Part shown: piece after piece, positions 1 through 8,948 of the stretch | How the letters are laid out: each line of letters opens with the position of its first letter | Position numbering within the stretch: the stretch's first letter is position 1 | Virus record (IMG/VR): IMGVR_UViG_3300044956_001223 | From: an uncultured virus (IMG/VR IMGVR_UViG_3300044956_001223) | Taxonomy: Duplodnaviria > Heunggongvirae > Uroviricota > Caudoviricetes | Direction: 5' to 3' (one strand) | DNA: 20,000 bases | Made by a program: the position numbers and the translations under genes | Notes under the pieces: model-generated | Told to the model about the DNA's origin: nothing | The model's database searches: none | The model's input: the letters and a program-made list of their open reading frames with translations, nothing else

Positions 1-1077
1 TGTAATTATAGGGCATCTTATCTCTTCCGAGATTCTTTTTAATTTATCAATTTTATCTCCAATAGCTTGATGCTCTGCCCAGTTTTGGCCTACTTTTTCT
101 CCGGTCAATTTTACATAATCATACGCAATTAAAGCTTGATTACCTCTACCGACTTTTGACATATACCATCTTCTAATAATAGAGCATATCTGGTCAATAT
201 TTTTAGACCCTACATGATAATGATAATATTCATAATTTTTTACTAATGCCCAAGCAGCCCTAACTTTTCTAGTCATCTCTTCATTCTTTCTCCAATTTCC
301 TGTTTCAAGATACCACATAGGTACATCAGATAATGAAGAAACCATTCTTAATTGAATATCAAAAGTTTGCATTTCTGTATCTAAAATCAATGTTTTCGTT
401 TTATTTTTAGGAGATATTCCTATATTAAAACATATATCATTAATCCAAGTTGATTTACCTTGTCCAGGTCTACTAACAATAGCATAAATATTTCCATTTT
501 TTAAACCACCATACAATCTATTAAATTCTGGATATGGTGTTATTAATCCTACGTCTTCTTTTGGTAAATTGCCTAATTCCTCTATAACATCTTCAACATC
601 TTTAAATAAATTTATTGGTTCGTCATTTGATACATATGATGATATCTTTTGGTTATAAATTGCATCTGCTTCAGAAATAATTCTATCTATATCTTCTTCA
701 GGGCTTTTGTTTACATAAGTTTTTAATTTATCCGCAGTTTCGCTAATCTCTCTTCTTATTCTTAATTTAATTAATTCTTTACAAGCATCCATTGTCGCTT
801 GTTCTGTGATTTGAGAAAACGAAAGATTATCTATATAATCATATATATTAATTTCATCTTTAAAAGATATTCCTAAATTTTTAATTTTTTCAGCTAAAAG
901 AACTTTATCTACTTTTTCTCCTTTATATTTTGTATTTTTATAAACTGCATATATTACGGAGTGGACTTCATGAAAAAAATCATTTTCATTTAAAAAAACA
1001 TCTACATCAGAAAATAAATCTTGATATTTCAAAAGTCCACTTAAAACGTGTCTTTCTACCTGTAAAGAATATATCAT
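1..1077 (-). CDS. dnaB: Replicative DnaB-like (SF4) helicase, 3' end beyond the window edge
   Basis: Not in the ORF track. Manual translation from ATG at 1077 gives MIYSLQVERHVLSGLLKYQDLFSDVDVFLNENDFFHEVHSVIY (DnaB N-domain), TPYPEFNRLYGGLKNGNIYAIVSRPGQGKSTW (Walker A), LILDTEM and IAYDYVKL (Walker B). The segments translated down to position 1 are all in the same frame. Confidence 0.93.
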   Translation of the reverse strand, partial: MIYSLQVERHVLSGLLKYQDLFSDVDVFLNENDFFHEVHSVIYAVYKNTKYKGEKVDKVLLAEKIKNLGISFKDEINIYDYIDNLSFSQITEQATMDACKELIKLRIRREISETADKLKTYVNKSPEEDIDRIISEADAIYNQKISSYVSNDEPINLFKDVEDVIEELGNLPKEDVGLITPYPEFNRLYGGLKNGNIYAIVSRPGQGKSTWINDICFNIGISPKNKTKTLILDTEMQTFDIQLRMVSSLSDVPMWYLETGNWRKNEEMTRKVRAAWALVKNYEYYHYHVGSKNIDQICSIIRRWYMSKVGRGNQALIAYDYVKLTGEKVGQNWAEHQAIGDKIDKLKRISEEIRCPIIT

Positions 1078-1082
1078 TATAT

Positions 1083-1116
1083 ATTATATCTTACCAATTT
1101 TTAAAATTAAAGTCAA
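1083..1116 (-). promoter_or_regulatory. Sigma70-like promoter for dnaB, possibly leaderless
   Basis: Minus strand TTGACT (1116-1111), 17 bp, TAAGAT (1093-1088). An overlapping TATAAT (1088-1083) lies 5 nt before the ATG. No SD. Confidence 0.55.
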
Positions 1117-1125
1117 GTTTGCTCT

Positions 1126-1428
1126 TTAAGAGCCTTTTTCGTCTTCATCTTCGCCATTTAAATCATCTAAATTATCGCTATTATTTCTGTCATCTTGCCT
1201 TAAAATTGCGTCCGCTGTTGCGTCCATATTAATTTGATCTACGGTACTAATCCAAGATCCAACGTAGTATAATAATGCCATCGCATTCATTTGATTATCA
1301 AATTTTGTAAATACTTGTGGGTCTCCTTTTGAGTTAAAATTAAATAAAATATAGCCGCCAAAACTACATTCATCTAATTGTTTGAGTAGATTATTTGGAA
1401 AATTAAATTTTTTCTTATTCGTCACCAC
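1126..1428 (-). CDS. Hypothetical protein with acidic C-terminal tail (start GTG 1428 or 1425)
   Basis: 100 aa ORF that fits between the nuclease and dnaB and ends in DNLDDLNGEDEDEKGS. Confidence 0.75.
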   Translation of the reverse strand: MVTNKKKFNFPNNLLKQLDECSFGGYILFNFNSKGDPQVFTKFDNQMNAMALLYYVGSWISTVDQINMDATADAILRQDDRNNSDNLDDLNGEDEDEKGS

Positions 1429-1435
1429 AAGCTTT

Positions 1436-1440
1436 TACAC
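1436..1440 (-). promoter_or_regulatory. GTGTA motif 10 nt upstream of the GTG at 1425
   Basis: Minus strand GTGTA-AAAGCTTGTG-GTG. Same spacing as the motif at 19726-19730. Confidence 0.35.
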
Positions 1441-1860
1441 TTAAATAATAAGTATTCCGCACTTTTCTTCTATATATTGTGGTGTTAAATTTTTGAGGTC
1501 ACTTTCATACAATTCTAACAATTTAAAATCATTCATTTCCAACCATTTTTCTTTTTGAACATCTCTTTTTATGCTTTGAAGATACTTAAGTCTTGAACTT
1601 TCATGAAAAAATTCATTAAAGGATTCATGTTGGTTGCCTTGTATCTCAACAGCTATCCGTTTTGTTGCATTTAAAAAATCAACTTTAAGCATTGTTCCAT
1701 ATACTGGGAACTCCTCATAAACTATATGGTTTTTCCAATATGGATAAAAGAATTGTTTGAATTTAAATTGTAATTTGCTCCTGCTCTTTCCTTCCCAACT
1801 AATTAAAGTCTTTCTTACGTTTTTATTAACGAGTTTACCGTTAATATTTAATAATCTCAT
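1441..1860 (-). CDS. PD-(D/E)XK endonuclease, DUF559/Vsr-like
   Basis: Motifs EEFPV...VDFLNATKRIAVEIQGNQH...KRDVQKEKWLEMNDFKLLEL. ATGA overlap with the recA stop. Confidence 0.75.
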   Translation of the reverse strand: MRLLNINGKLVNKNVRKTLISWEGKSRSKLQFKFKQFFYPYWKNHIVYEEFPVYGTMLKVDFLNATKRIAVEIQGNQHESFNEFFHESSRLKYLQSIKRDVQKEKWLEMNDFKLLELYESDLKNLTPQYIEEKCGILII

Positions 1861-3002
1861 GATGCAAGAGTCTTAATAAATTTATCGTAAAAATATTCTG
1901 TAATTTGCTTATTTTCTTCTAAATAGGATCTTAAATTATCAATACCTTGATGTTGTTTTTTAAGTTCAATATTAGACTTTTTAAGTTCTTCAATAATTTC
2001 GTCAGAGAATGTAACCCATGCACCTTTAGCGCTTGCAAATTCCCAAGATAAAATTTGATCAATTACTTCATATTCTTTCCAAACTGATGAGCCTTCTTTT
2101 CTACCATATTTAATTGGATATTGAACTTTAGAATTTGTAGATTCATTTGTTGATTTTTTAATAGCAATTTTTACATTATGTCCGATAATTTTATTTTTTA
2201 CAGCATCATATTTTTCATTTGGTTTTTCGAGAATAAGATCTTTATTATAACGTGGTTCAAATTCAAGAATCCAATTAGCAAAATGTAATAATGCATTACC
2301 GCCCGTAGCTGTAGTTTGCCTTACTTCTTTATTTGCAGCATATGGATCAAGTTTGATATCAGAACGAACCTGGCTTATAAATATTGCTATATGTCCACGC
2401 TTTGATAATGCAAGTGAAATCTTTTTCATTAACATCGAAGATATAACTGCTCCGCCCGCAACCTTGGTGGCTTCACTTAAAGTCTTTTCTTTATCGCCTT
2501 TTGTAATAAGGCCATCAACTGAATCAAGAATAAAAATATATTTTTTATTTTCATCATTAGATTGAATTAAATCTTTCATTAATTCCGAAACTGTTTCAAA
2601 TATATTGCATTCAAAAACAAAACACGTTCCATCTACCCATTCGGATGGATTTGTAACAAATTTTAGTCCTGATCGATCTTTAATTTCTTTACTTAATCTT
2701 CCTTCGGCCTTAAAAAGTAAGGCCCTTGAGCCATTGACTGTTTTGAGAAAATTTTTTGCAACCTCAAGTGCTTCAGAAGTTTTACCCCCTTCATTCATTC
2801 CAATAAACCTATGTAACCCTGGAGATAAGCCACCGCCTGTTGCAATATCTAAATTAAGGCTTCCAGTTGATACTTTATAATAAACTTCATCTTCAAAATT
2901 ATAATGATCTTCTTTATTTTCCTTTAAAAAGGAAAGAAGTCTATCTGATGCGCTAGGGCCAGCAGATTCTTGTTGAACTTCTTCTTTAGGTTTTCTTCCC
3001 AT
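1857..3002 (-). CDS. Divergent phage-type RecA/UvsX-family recombinase
   Basis: STGSLNLDIATGGG, Walker A GMNEGGKTS, Walker B FILDSV, FISQVR and TGGNALLHFA. Walker A differs from the canonical bacterial GPESSGKTT. Confidence 0.9.
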   Translation of the reverse strand: MGRKPKEEVQQESAGPSASDRLLSFLKENKEDHYNFEDEVYYKVSTGSLNLDIATGGGLSPGLHRFIGMNEGGKTSEALEVAKNFLKTVNGSRALLFKAEGRLSKEIKDRSGLKFVTNPSEWVDGTCFVFECNIFETVSELMKDLIQSNDENKKYIFILDSVDGLITKGDKEKTLSEATKVAGGAVISSMLMKKISLALSKRGHIAIFISQVRSDIKLDPYAANKEVRQTTATGGNALLHFANWILEFEPRYNKDLILEKPNEKYDAVKNKIIGHNVKIAIKKSTNESTNSKVQYPIKYGRKEGSSVWKEYEVIDQILSWEFASAKGAWVTFSDEIIEELKKSNIELKKQHQGIDNLRSYLEENKQITEYFYDKFIKTLAS

Positions 3003-3324
3003 ATCTTATAAATTCTAGCACATTTTTTGGTTTTTGGCAAACTTTTTTATCTTCTAAAACTTTAATTTTATTTAATTTAAATTTAATTCTTTTTATATCT
3101 AATTGTTCTTTTTTCTTTTCTATCGCTAGAAAATTTTCTCCATCCTTCGTTAAGAACCAAGCTAAACTTGGTAAGTTTATAACTTTTAAACTATTCCAAA
3201 ATATATATTCTGGATAATTTTTGATTAATTTTTGAGCTATCTTTATTTCTCTAGGCCAATCAATGTTTTTGGTAATAAATTTCTTAACTATAAATTGACA
3301 TAATTTATGGTTCGTAATTTTCAA
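2986..3324 (-). CDS. Hypothetical basic protein
   Basis: 112 aa ORF overlapping the gmd 3' end (20 bp) and the recA 5' end (17 bp). Confidence 0.75.
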   Translation of the reverse strand: MKITNHKLCQFIVKKFITKNIDWPREIKIAQKLIKNYPEYIFWNSLKVINLPSLAWFLTKDGENFLAIEKKKEQLDIKRIKFKLNKIKVLEDKKVCQKPKNVLEFIRYGKKT

Positions 3325-4357
3325 TATCTGATATTACCATTCTTTCAATTAATTTGTCAAATGAAACTTTTGGTAGCCAGCCCAAATCTTTTTTGGCTTG
3401 GGTTGCATCTCCTAGTAGTAAATCTACTTCTGCTGGTCTATAAAATTTAGGATTTGTTTTCATTAATATATCGTGCATGCCATCTTTATTTTCTATACAA
3501 AAAATTTCGCCCGCGTCTCCGTCATCAACATATACCCATTTGCCATTAATTCCAGCTTTTGAAAAAGCTTTTTCCACAAATTCTCTTACCGTATGTGTTT
3601 CTCCAGAAGATAGAATATATTCTTTAGGTTTTTCTTGATTTAGCATTAACCATATTCCTTTCACAAAATCTTCTGCATGACTCCAATCTCTTTTTGCGTC
3701 CAAATTTCCTAATTCAAGTGGTTCGAATTTTAAATTATTATCTATAGCAAATTTTATTCTTGCTACATTTCTTGTAATTTTTCTTGTTACAAATTCCTCT
3801 CCCCTTCTTTCACTTTCATGATTATAAAGTATCGAATGGATGGCAAAAAGATTATAAGATTCTCTATAAACTTTAGTGATATGCCTTGCTGCTGCTTTCG
3901 CCGCACCATAAGGACTTCTTGGCCTAATGGGATGTTCAAGATTTTGCGGGCTATATAAAACATCTCCCATTTCTTCACTAGATCCAGCAGAATAGAATCT
4001 ACATTTTGGAGCATATTTTCTTATAGCTTCTAAACATCTTAAAACTCCTAACGCCGTAGCATCAAATGTTTGAAGAGGAATTTGCCAGCTGCTTCCGACA
4101 AATGATTGGGCTGCAAAATTAATAAAATAATCTGGTTTTATTTCTTTTACTATTTCATCTATAGAATTACTATCTGAAAGATCTGCCGTAATAAATTTAA
4201 ATCTTGGGTTTTCTATATTACGTTTTACATTTATTAAATTTGGATTTGAAGATCTGCGTCTAACTCCATAAATCATATAATTCGTATTCTTTAACAAAAA
4301 ATCTACCATGTAAGATCCATCTTGCCCTGTTACTCCAGTTATGATTATTTTTTTCAT
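3305..4357 (-). CDS. gmd: GDP-mannose 4,6-dehydratase
   Basis: ITGVTGQDGSY, NFAAQSFV, PRSPYGAAK, NHESERRGEEFVTRKIT, LGNLDAKRDW and YRPAEVDLLLGD. Confidence 0.96.
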   Translation of the reverse strand: MKKIIITGVTGQDGSYMVDFLLKNTNYMIYGVRRRSSNPNLINVKRNIENPRFKFITADLSDSNSIDEIVKEIKPDYFINFAAQSFVGSSWQIPLQTFDATALGVLRCLEAIRKYAPKCRFYSAGSSEEMGDVLYSPQNLEHPIRPRSPYGAAKAAARHITKVYRESYNLFAIHSILYNHESERRGEEFVTRKITRNVARIKFAIDNNLKFEPLELGNLDAKRDWSHAEDFVKGIWLMLNQEKPKEYILSSGETHTVREFVEKAFSKAGINGKWVYVDDGDAGEIFCIENKDGMHDILMKTNPKFYRPAEVDLLLGDATQAKKDLGWLPKVSFDKLIERMVISDIENYEP

Positions 4358-5517
4358 AATTTATTTAATTCCTTTACAAAGTCTATTATACGCTTTTCTT
4401 TAAGATCAGAATATAAACCTACATAAAAACCATAATTATGTAAATATATAGAATTTTTATATTTATTATGATTTTTTATAAATTTCTTATAACATGTTTG
4501 ATATCCAAGAAAGCCAGAAATAATTGGTCTATACTCGATGCCTTTTTGTTTGCATAAATTAAATGCTTTTTCGTATAAAGATTTATTTTGATTTTTGACT
4601 ATAATAGGTAAGCAAAAAGCTACATCTTGGCAATGTTGTCTTTCTGATGGTAGATAAAATTTATTTTTATCTAATAATGATTTATATAAATTATATAGGC
4701 TAATTCTTTTTTCTTTATATATATTTATTCTATTAATATCTAGTAACCCAATAAAAGCATTTAAATCTGTATTCCTGAAATTATTTCCTAAGTTATAAAA
4801 ATCAAATAATTTATCAACATTTTTATTAATATAGTTCGTGTCGTCTAATTCATAGGATTTTAAACTTCTTGTCATTCCGTGATTTCTTTGCATTAAGAAA
4901 TATTCATACTCTTTCAATGAATTAGTAAAAATGAATCCTCCTTCAATAGATTGAATTTGATGACCAAAATATGATGAAGTAGTAGATGTAAAATATGAAG
5001 AAATATTTTTGTTTTTGAAGTCTCCTAAAGTATTTTCACAATTATCAAACATAACTTTTATGTTATATTTATTTTCTAATTCTAAATAAAAATCTATGTC
5101 TGGACAAAACCCAATTAAAGAAGTTGGAAAAATACAGGCTATTTTTTTATGATTTTTTTCTACAAATTTTAATAATTCTTTTTTATTAATTGAGAAATCA
5201 TCTAAAGAAATATCTATAAAATGCGGCATAAATCCTTCTCTTATCCATGGAGAACATGAGGTCTGCCATGTTGTTGATGGAAAAACTACTATGTTTTTAT
5301 TTATTGTATCTTTAATATATTGACTTAATATTGTATTTGCTGTTGATCCGTTAGAAACAAAAACCGCATATTTAGAATTTACAAAATTTGCCATAGCTTT
5401 TTCTATCTTTTTTACTTGAACATCTTGTGTCCATCTATTTTTAGGATTTAATATAAATTGACATATTTTTAATCTGTCAAGGAATGTAAAATTATTTATA
5501 TTTAGAGGCCAATTCAT
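4354..5517 (-). CDS. DegT/DnrJ-fold PLP enzyme, ColD-like GDP-4-keto-6-deoxymannose 3-dehydratase candidate
   Basis: VFVSNGSTAN, DNCENTLG, SSYFGHQIQSIEGG (His where aminotransferases have the PLP Lys), RNHG, GNNFRNTDLNAFIG and GIEYRPIISG. Adjacent to gmd. Confidence 0.8.
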   Translation of the reverse strand: MNWPLNINNFTFLDRLKICQFILNPKNRWTQDVQVKKIEKAMANFVNSKYAVFVSNGSTANTILSQYIKDTINKNIVVFPSTTWQTSCSPWIREGFMPHFIDISLDDFSINKKELLKFVEKNHKKIACIFPTSLIGFCPDIDFYLELENKYNIKVMFDNCENTLGDFKNKNISSYFTSTTSSYFGHQIQSIEGGFIFTNSLKEYEYFLMQRNHGMTRSLKSYELDDTNYINKNVDKLFDFYNLGNNFRNTDLNAFIGLLDINRINIYKEKRISLYNLYKSLLDKNKFYLPSERQHCQDVAFCLPIIVKNQNKSLYEKAFNLCKQKGIEYRPIISGFLGYQTCYKKFIKNHNKYKNSIYLHNYGFYVGLYSDLKEKRIIDFVKELNKL

Positions 5518-5799
5518 TGTGGTATTAAAATTAAATTTTGCGCCCTTTGATGGAATTCATCTGGTCCTGTTTTTTGAAAATTATCATCTCTGATTGAATT
5601 ATAGTTTATTTGATTAATTATATCAAATATATTCTCTCCAACTAATTTTGCTAAAACCAGGGTAGTGTCTCCTACAGCTGCCCCGATATCTATAGCCCAA
5701 TAATTATCTTTTACATATTTAGAAAAATATGTTATAAAAATTTGTTAATTCATTTAAATAACTTCCATGTATTGGATGATAAAAATTAATATCAATCAT
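5514..5799 (-). pseudogene. Remnant of an FkbM-family methyltransferase (frameshift plus internal deletion)
   Basis: ATG 5799 gives MIDINFYHPIHGSYLNELTN. A shifted frame then reads FITYFSKYVKDNYWAIDIGAAVGDTTLVLAKLVGEN (SAM motif I) fused to IFDIINQINYNSIRDDNFQKTGPDEFHQRAQNLILIPQ*. The TGA at 5514-5516 overlaps the next ATG. Confidence 0.75.
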
Positions 5800-6832
5800 A
5801 TTTTTGTAATATTTTAAATAAATTTTTCGCTGTATATCTCCATTTCCAATTGTTGATAATTGGTAGCCTTGTGTTTATCTTAGAATAAAAATCCCAATTT
5901 AAATATACTTTAGCTAAAAGATTTGCATATTCCTCGACATTAAAATCATAAAATCTAGGCTCTTCTGAATACCCAAATTCACCGTAACAATTTAATAACC
6001 CCCAATAATTTATTAATTCATTTAATTTTTCGCTTATATTTATTTCCTGTGATGGTTTTAATAATATTCCATAATCATTATTTATTAATACATTAGTTGG
6101 TGCAAAATCTCCTGTAACGCACAAACAGTTACATGCAGACATTTCATGCAAAGGGAATCCCCATGATGTCATTCTTAATATATTTAATCCAACATGTGAT
6201 CTAGAATATAAATCTCTTACTTCTTGTTTGGTGGATCTATTAGTTATATATTCTATATTAGAGCCTTTATCTTTTAATTCTTGAATTCTTGATTTAAGTA
6301 TATCTACATTAGTATTTGTATCTTTTACTATTAGTCTTACATTTTTATTATTCTGAAATGCTAAATGAAAAGCTTGTAATGTCAAATCTAGTCCAGATCT
6401 TACATTGCTGCTATTTATATGAATAAATGTAAATATTTGATCTTTAGGTAAAGTTTGATGCCAAAAATTAGTATCGCAACCGCAATGAAGAGTTTTGCAT
6501 TGTATCCCTTCCTTTAAATATAGATTAGTTATTTGATCGCTCATACCAAAAAGAATCTTATTTTTGTCTTTTAGCATTTGGATATGGAAATCTGTTAGTT
6601 TATTTATTGTTTCCCAAACTGTTATATAAAAAGATTGCTTATCTTTATATTGTTGATGAAAGTTGAGACTTGATGCAAACCCTATATATTTTGCTAAATC
6701 TGGTTCAGAATATAATCCAAGTTCTTTCAAGCCTTCATTAATTCCATAATTAATAACAGAAAAGGAACCATGATTATCTTTAAATGTAGGATCAGAATAA
6801 TATCTTGGATCTTCTTCGAATAAATGTATCAT
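5792..6832 (-). CDS. Glycosyltransferase, GT-B fold (GT4-like)
   Basis: FTFIHINSSNVRSGLDLTLQAF, VRLIVKDTN and LYSRSHVGLNILRMTSWGFPLHEMSACN. Ends in NWKWRYTAKNL. Confidence 0.8.
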   Translation of the reverse strand: MIHLFEEDPRYYSDPTFKDNHGSFSVINYGINEGLKELGLYSEPDLAKYIGFASSLNFHQQYKDKQSFYITVWETINKLTDFHIQMLKDKNKILFGMSDQITNLYLKEGIQCKTLHCGCDTNFWHQTLPKDQIFTFIHINSSNVRSGLDLTLQAFHLAFQNNKNVRLIVKDTNTNVDILKSRIQELKDKGSNIEYITNRSTKQEVRDLYSRSHVGLNILRMTSWGFPLHEMSACNCLCVTGDFAPTNVLINNDYGILLKPSQEINISEKLNELINYWGLLNCYGEFGYSEEPRFYDFNVEEYANLLAKVYLNWDFYSKINTRLPIINNWKWRYTAKNLFKILQKYD

Positions 6833-7848
6833 TTGATTATATTATTAACTATAGTATATAGATTAGCCGCACTTTTCTCCCAAGTAAATTTTTGCGCAGA
6901 ATTTGATCCATAAATACTTATTTTTTCTCTTAAAGAATCGTCTTCTAAAATCTTTCTCATAGCCTGTCTAACGCTTTCCTTTTTTGCTATTGCCCAATAA
7001 GGTTGTTTAGGATGCATAGATGGATTAAATAAATGATTTCTTATACCAATGCTATTCAAATAATTTATATCTGATTCTTGAAATGGCTCTAAATTAAAAT
7101 CTACATTTATTGCGGAAAAATTATTCATTGTATAGTCTCTCGGCCCTGCATATGGAATAACGATCAAGGGTGTGCCTGTGCTCATACATTCAATTGTTCT
7201 TAAATTCCATGTACTAGTTTTATTTAAACATATCGCCGCATCTGCGTTGTAATATATTTGTTTTTCATCTTCAAAGTTTTCTAAATGTCTATCATCATGA
7301 ATAATTTCAACATTATATTCTATGCTTTTTGTTCTTACCCAAGATTTAAAGATTTCGCTCGCTTCTCTATCTCTTAAGTACAAAGCTATAGATTTTGTAT
7401 TTTTAAATTCTTCGCAAAAATTTTCAACAATTAACTCTAATCCTCCTCGTGAATTTGATTCTCCAATTCCTAGTAGAATAAACTTTTTCTTTTTGTTCTT
7501 TTTTCTATATTCCCATACTTTAGAATCAACTCCCAATGGAAAGTAATCGCACAATTCATTTGGATATCCTGCCTCTAGAATAAAATTTAAATTATCTCTT
7601 GATACTCCTAGTATAGGTTTTGGATAAACGTTATTAAATATGAAATGTGGGAATATTAATTCATAAACAATAATCATAGCATCAGGATTATAGCCATGCT
7701 TATTACCTATACAGTCATATATTATTTTATATCCCTCTTCTGAGTAGATGCCTAATTTTTTTGCAGCATTATTTAAATTAGAAATAATTATGTTACTACT
7801 TCTAAAAGGTTTATTATTTGGATCACCAAGGACTATTATTTTTTTCAT
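6829..7848 (-). CDS. Glycosyltransferase, GT-B fold (GT4-like)
   Basis: PLGVD, LGIGESNSRGGLE, YYNADAAICLNKTSTWNLRTIECMSTGTPLIV and FTWEKSAANL. Confidence 0.82.
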   Translation of the reverse strand: MKKIIVLGDPNNKPFRSSNIIISNLNNAAKKLGIYSEEGYKIIYDCIGNKHGYNPDAMIIVYELIFPHFIFNNVYPKPILGVSRDNLNFILEAGYPNELCDYFPLGVDSKVWEYRKKNKKKKFILLGIGESNSRGGLELIVENFCEEFKNTKSIALYLRDREASEIFKSWVRTKSIEYNVEIIHDDRHLENFEDEKQIYYNADAAICLNKTSTWNLRTIECMSTGTPLIVIPYAGPRDYTMNNFSAINVDFNLEPFQESDINYLNSIGIRNHLFNPSMHPKQPYWAIAKKESVRQAMRKILEDDSLREKISIYGSNSAQKFTWEKSAANLYTIVNNIIK

Positions 7849-8018
7849 TTTATATTTTTTAAATTGTCATCGTCTCCTTTAAAAGATTTAATATTAACAA
7901 ATCTTTTTTTTGAAATAGGTAAGATTAATTGATTGATTAAGATGATTTATTGTTATCTTATAATCAGATGTTCTTTCATATCTAGAATTGGTAGAAATAA
8001 AGACGCATAAATCTTCAT
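7845..8018 (-). pseudogene. Degraded gene remnant (two frameshifts, truncated); product unknown, possibly a GT-A-type N-terminus
   Basis: ATG 8018 overlaps the upstream TGA. Shifted frames read DLCVFISTNSRYERTSDYKITINHLNQSINLTYFKK and RFVNIKSFKGDDDNLKNIK*. The TGA at 7845-7847 overlaps the next ATG. Confidence 0.5.
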
Positions 8019-8947
8019 GTTAAATTATTTCTTGGGTTTTCTTTTAGATATTTATTATTCCATGTTGGTGAACACACAAATGTTTGACCTTCTGGGACAA
8101 TCATTCCATTTACTCCACCACCACAAATATGTTCTGATATGCTATAATCACATATGCTTAAAAATGGAAAATTTTTAGATATATCTATGTTATTTAATTC
8201 TAGGTTCATTTCTCCGTATTTTGATACTGTACTACTCATCCAACCATCTGAGGCGTTTTTTCTTGTATCATGTGATATGTTTTTATTAAAAGCTCTATCC
8301 ATTCTCCTCCAAAAATCATTATATTCTATTTTTTTAGATTGTTCAAGATTTTTTATTACCTGTTTAAATTTTTTCCAATATAATATTGTACATCCACAAG
8401 AGTTGCTTACTCCTTGGACTTTAATTTTACCAGATTTTGTTTCAAGATCGAACGGTATATAAAGGCTATTTCTTGATTTCAAATCTTCCCCAAAGCACTC
8501 TTTCATTATTTCTGGAAATGTTTCGTGCGTCTTTTTTCTATCATACATATCTGGATGATCTGTTCCAGCTATCGCTAAAGTATTTTCTGAAGCCTCAAAA
8601 ACATCTACACAATCTTTAAGCCAATCTTTTCTCCAAACATAATCTGATTCTAAAATGCATGCTATATCTAGCTCATCATTTTGACGCATCAAGTTATAAA
8701 GCCTTTCAAAAGAATAACCTATACCATAATTTTTGCCATGTAAAAGTAAATTAATAGGAAATTTATCGGAATATTTTAATGAAAAATCTAATAATGCATT
8801 TTTCATATTTGGTAAAGATCCATCATCTATAACCCAAACTTCATTGGGCTTAATATTTGTATTATTTAAAGCTGAATAAATAGATTCTCCTAAGATTTTT
8901 GGTCTATTATAAGTTAAAAAATAGAAAGCTATATTTAAATTTTCCAT
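8015..8947 (-). CDS. Glycosyltransferase, GT-A fold (GT2-like)
   Basis: FLTYNRP, VWVIDDGS, NYGIGYS and ILESDY (ExD motif). Confidence 0.85.
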   Translation of the reverse strand: MENLNIAFYFLTYNRPKILGESIYSALNNTNIKPNEVWVIDDGSLPNMKNALLDFSLKYSDKFPINLLLHGKNYGIGYSFERLYNLMRQNDELDIACILESDYVWRKDWLKDCVDVFEASENTLAIAGTDHPDMYDRKKTHETFPEIMKECFGEDLKSRNSLYIPFDLETKSGKIKVQGVSNSCGCTILYWKKFKQVIKNLEQSKKIEYNDFWRRMDRAFNKNISHDTRKNASDGWMSSTVSKYGEMNLELNNIDISKNFPFLSICDYSISEHICGGGVNGMIVPEGQTFVCSPTWNNKYLKENPRNNLT

Positions 8948-8948
8948 A

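Noticed and set aside
1..3002. Inteins or introns in dnaB or recA
   Set aside because: Motif spacing and lengths are normal, and no insertion is visible in the sequenced portion.
4354..5517. Perosamine synthase (per/rfbE) call
   Set aside because: The catalytic Lys position is His.
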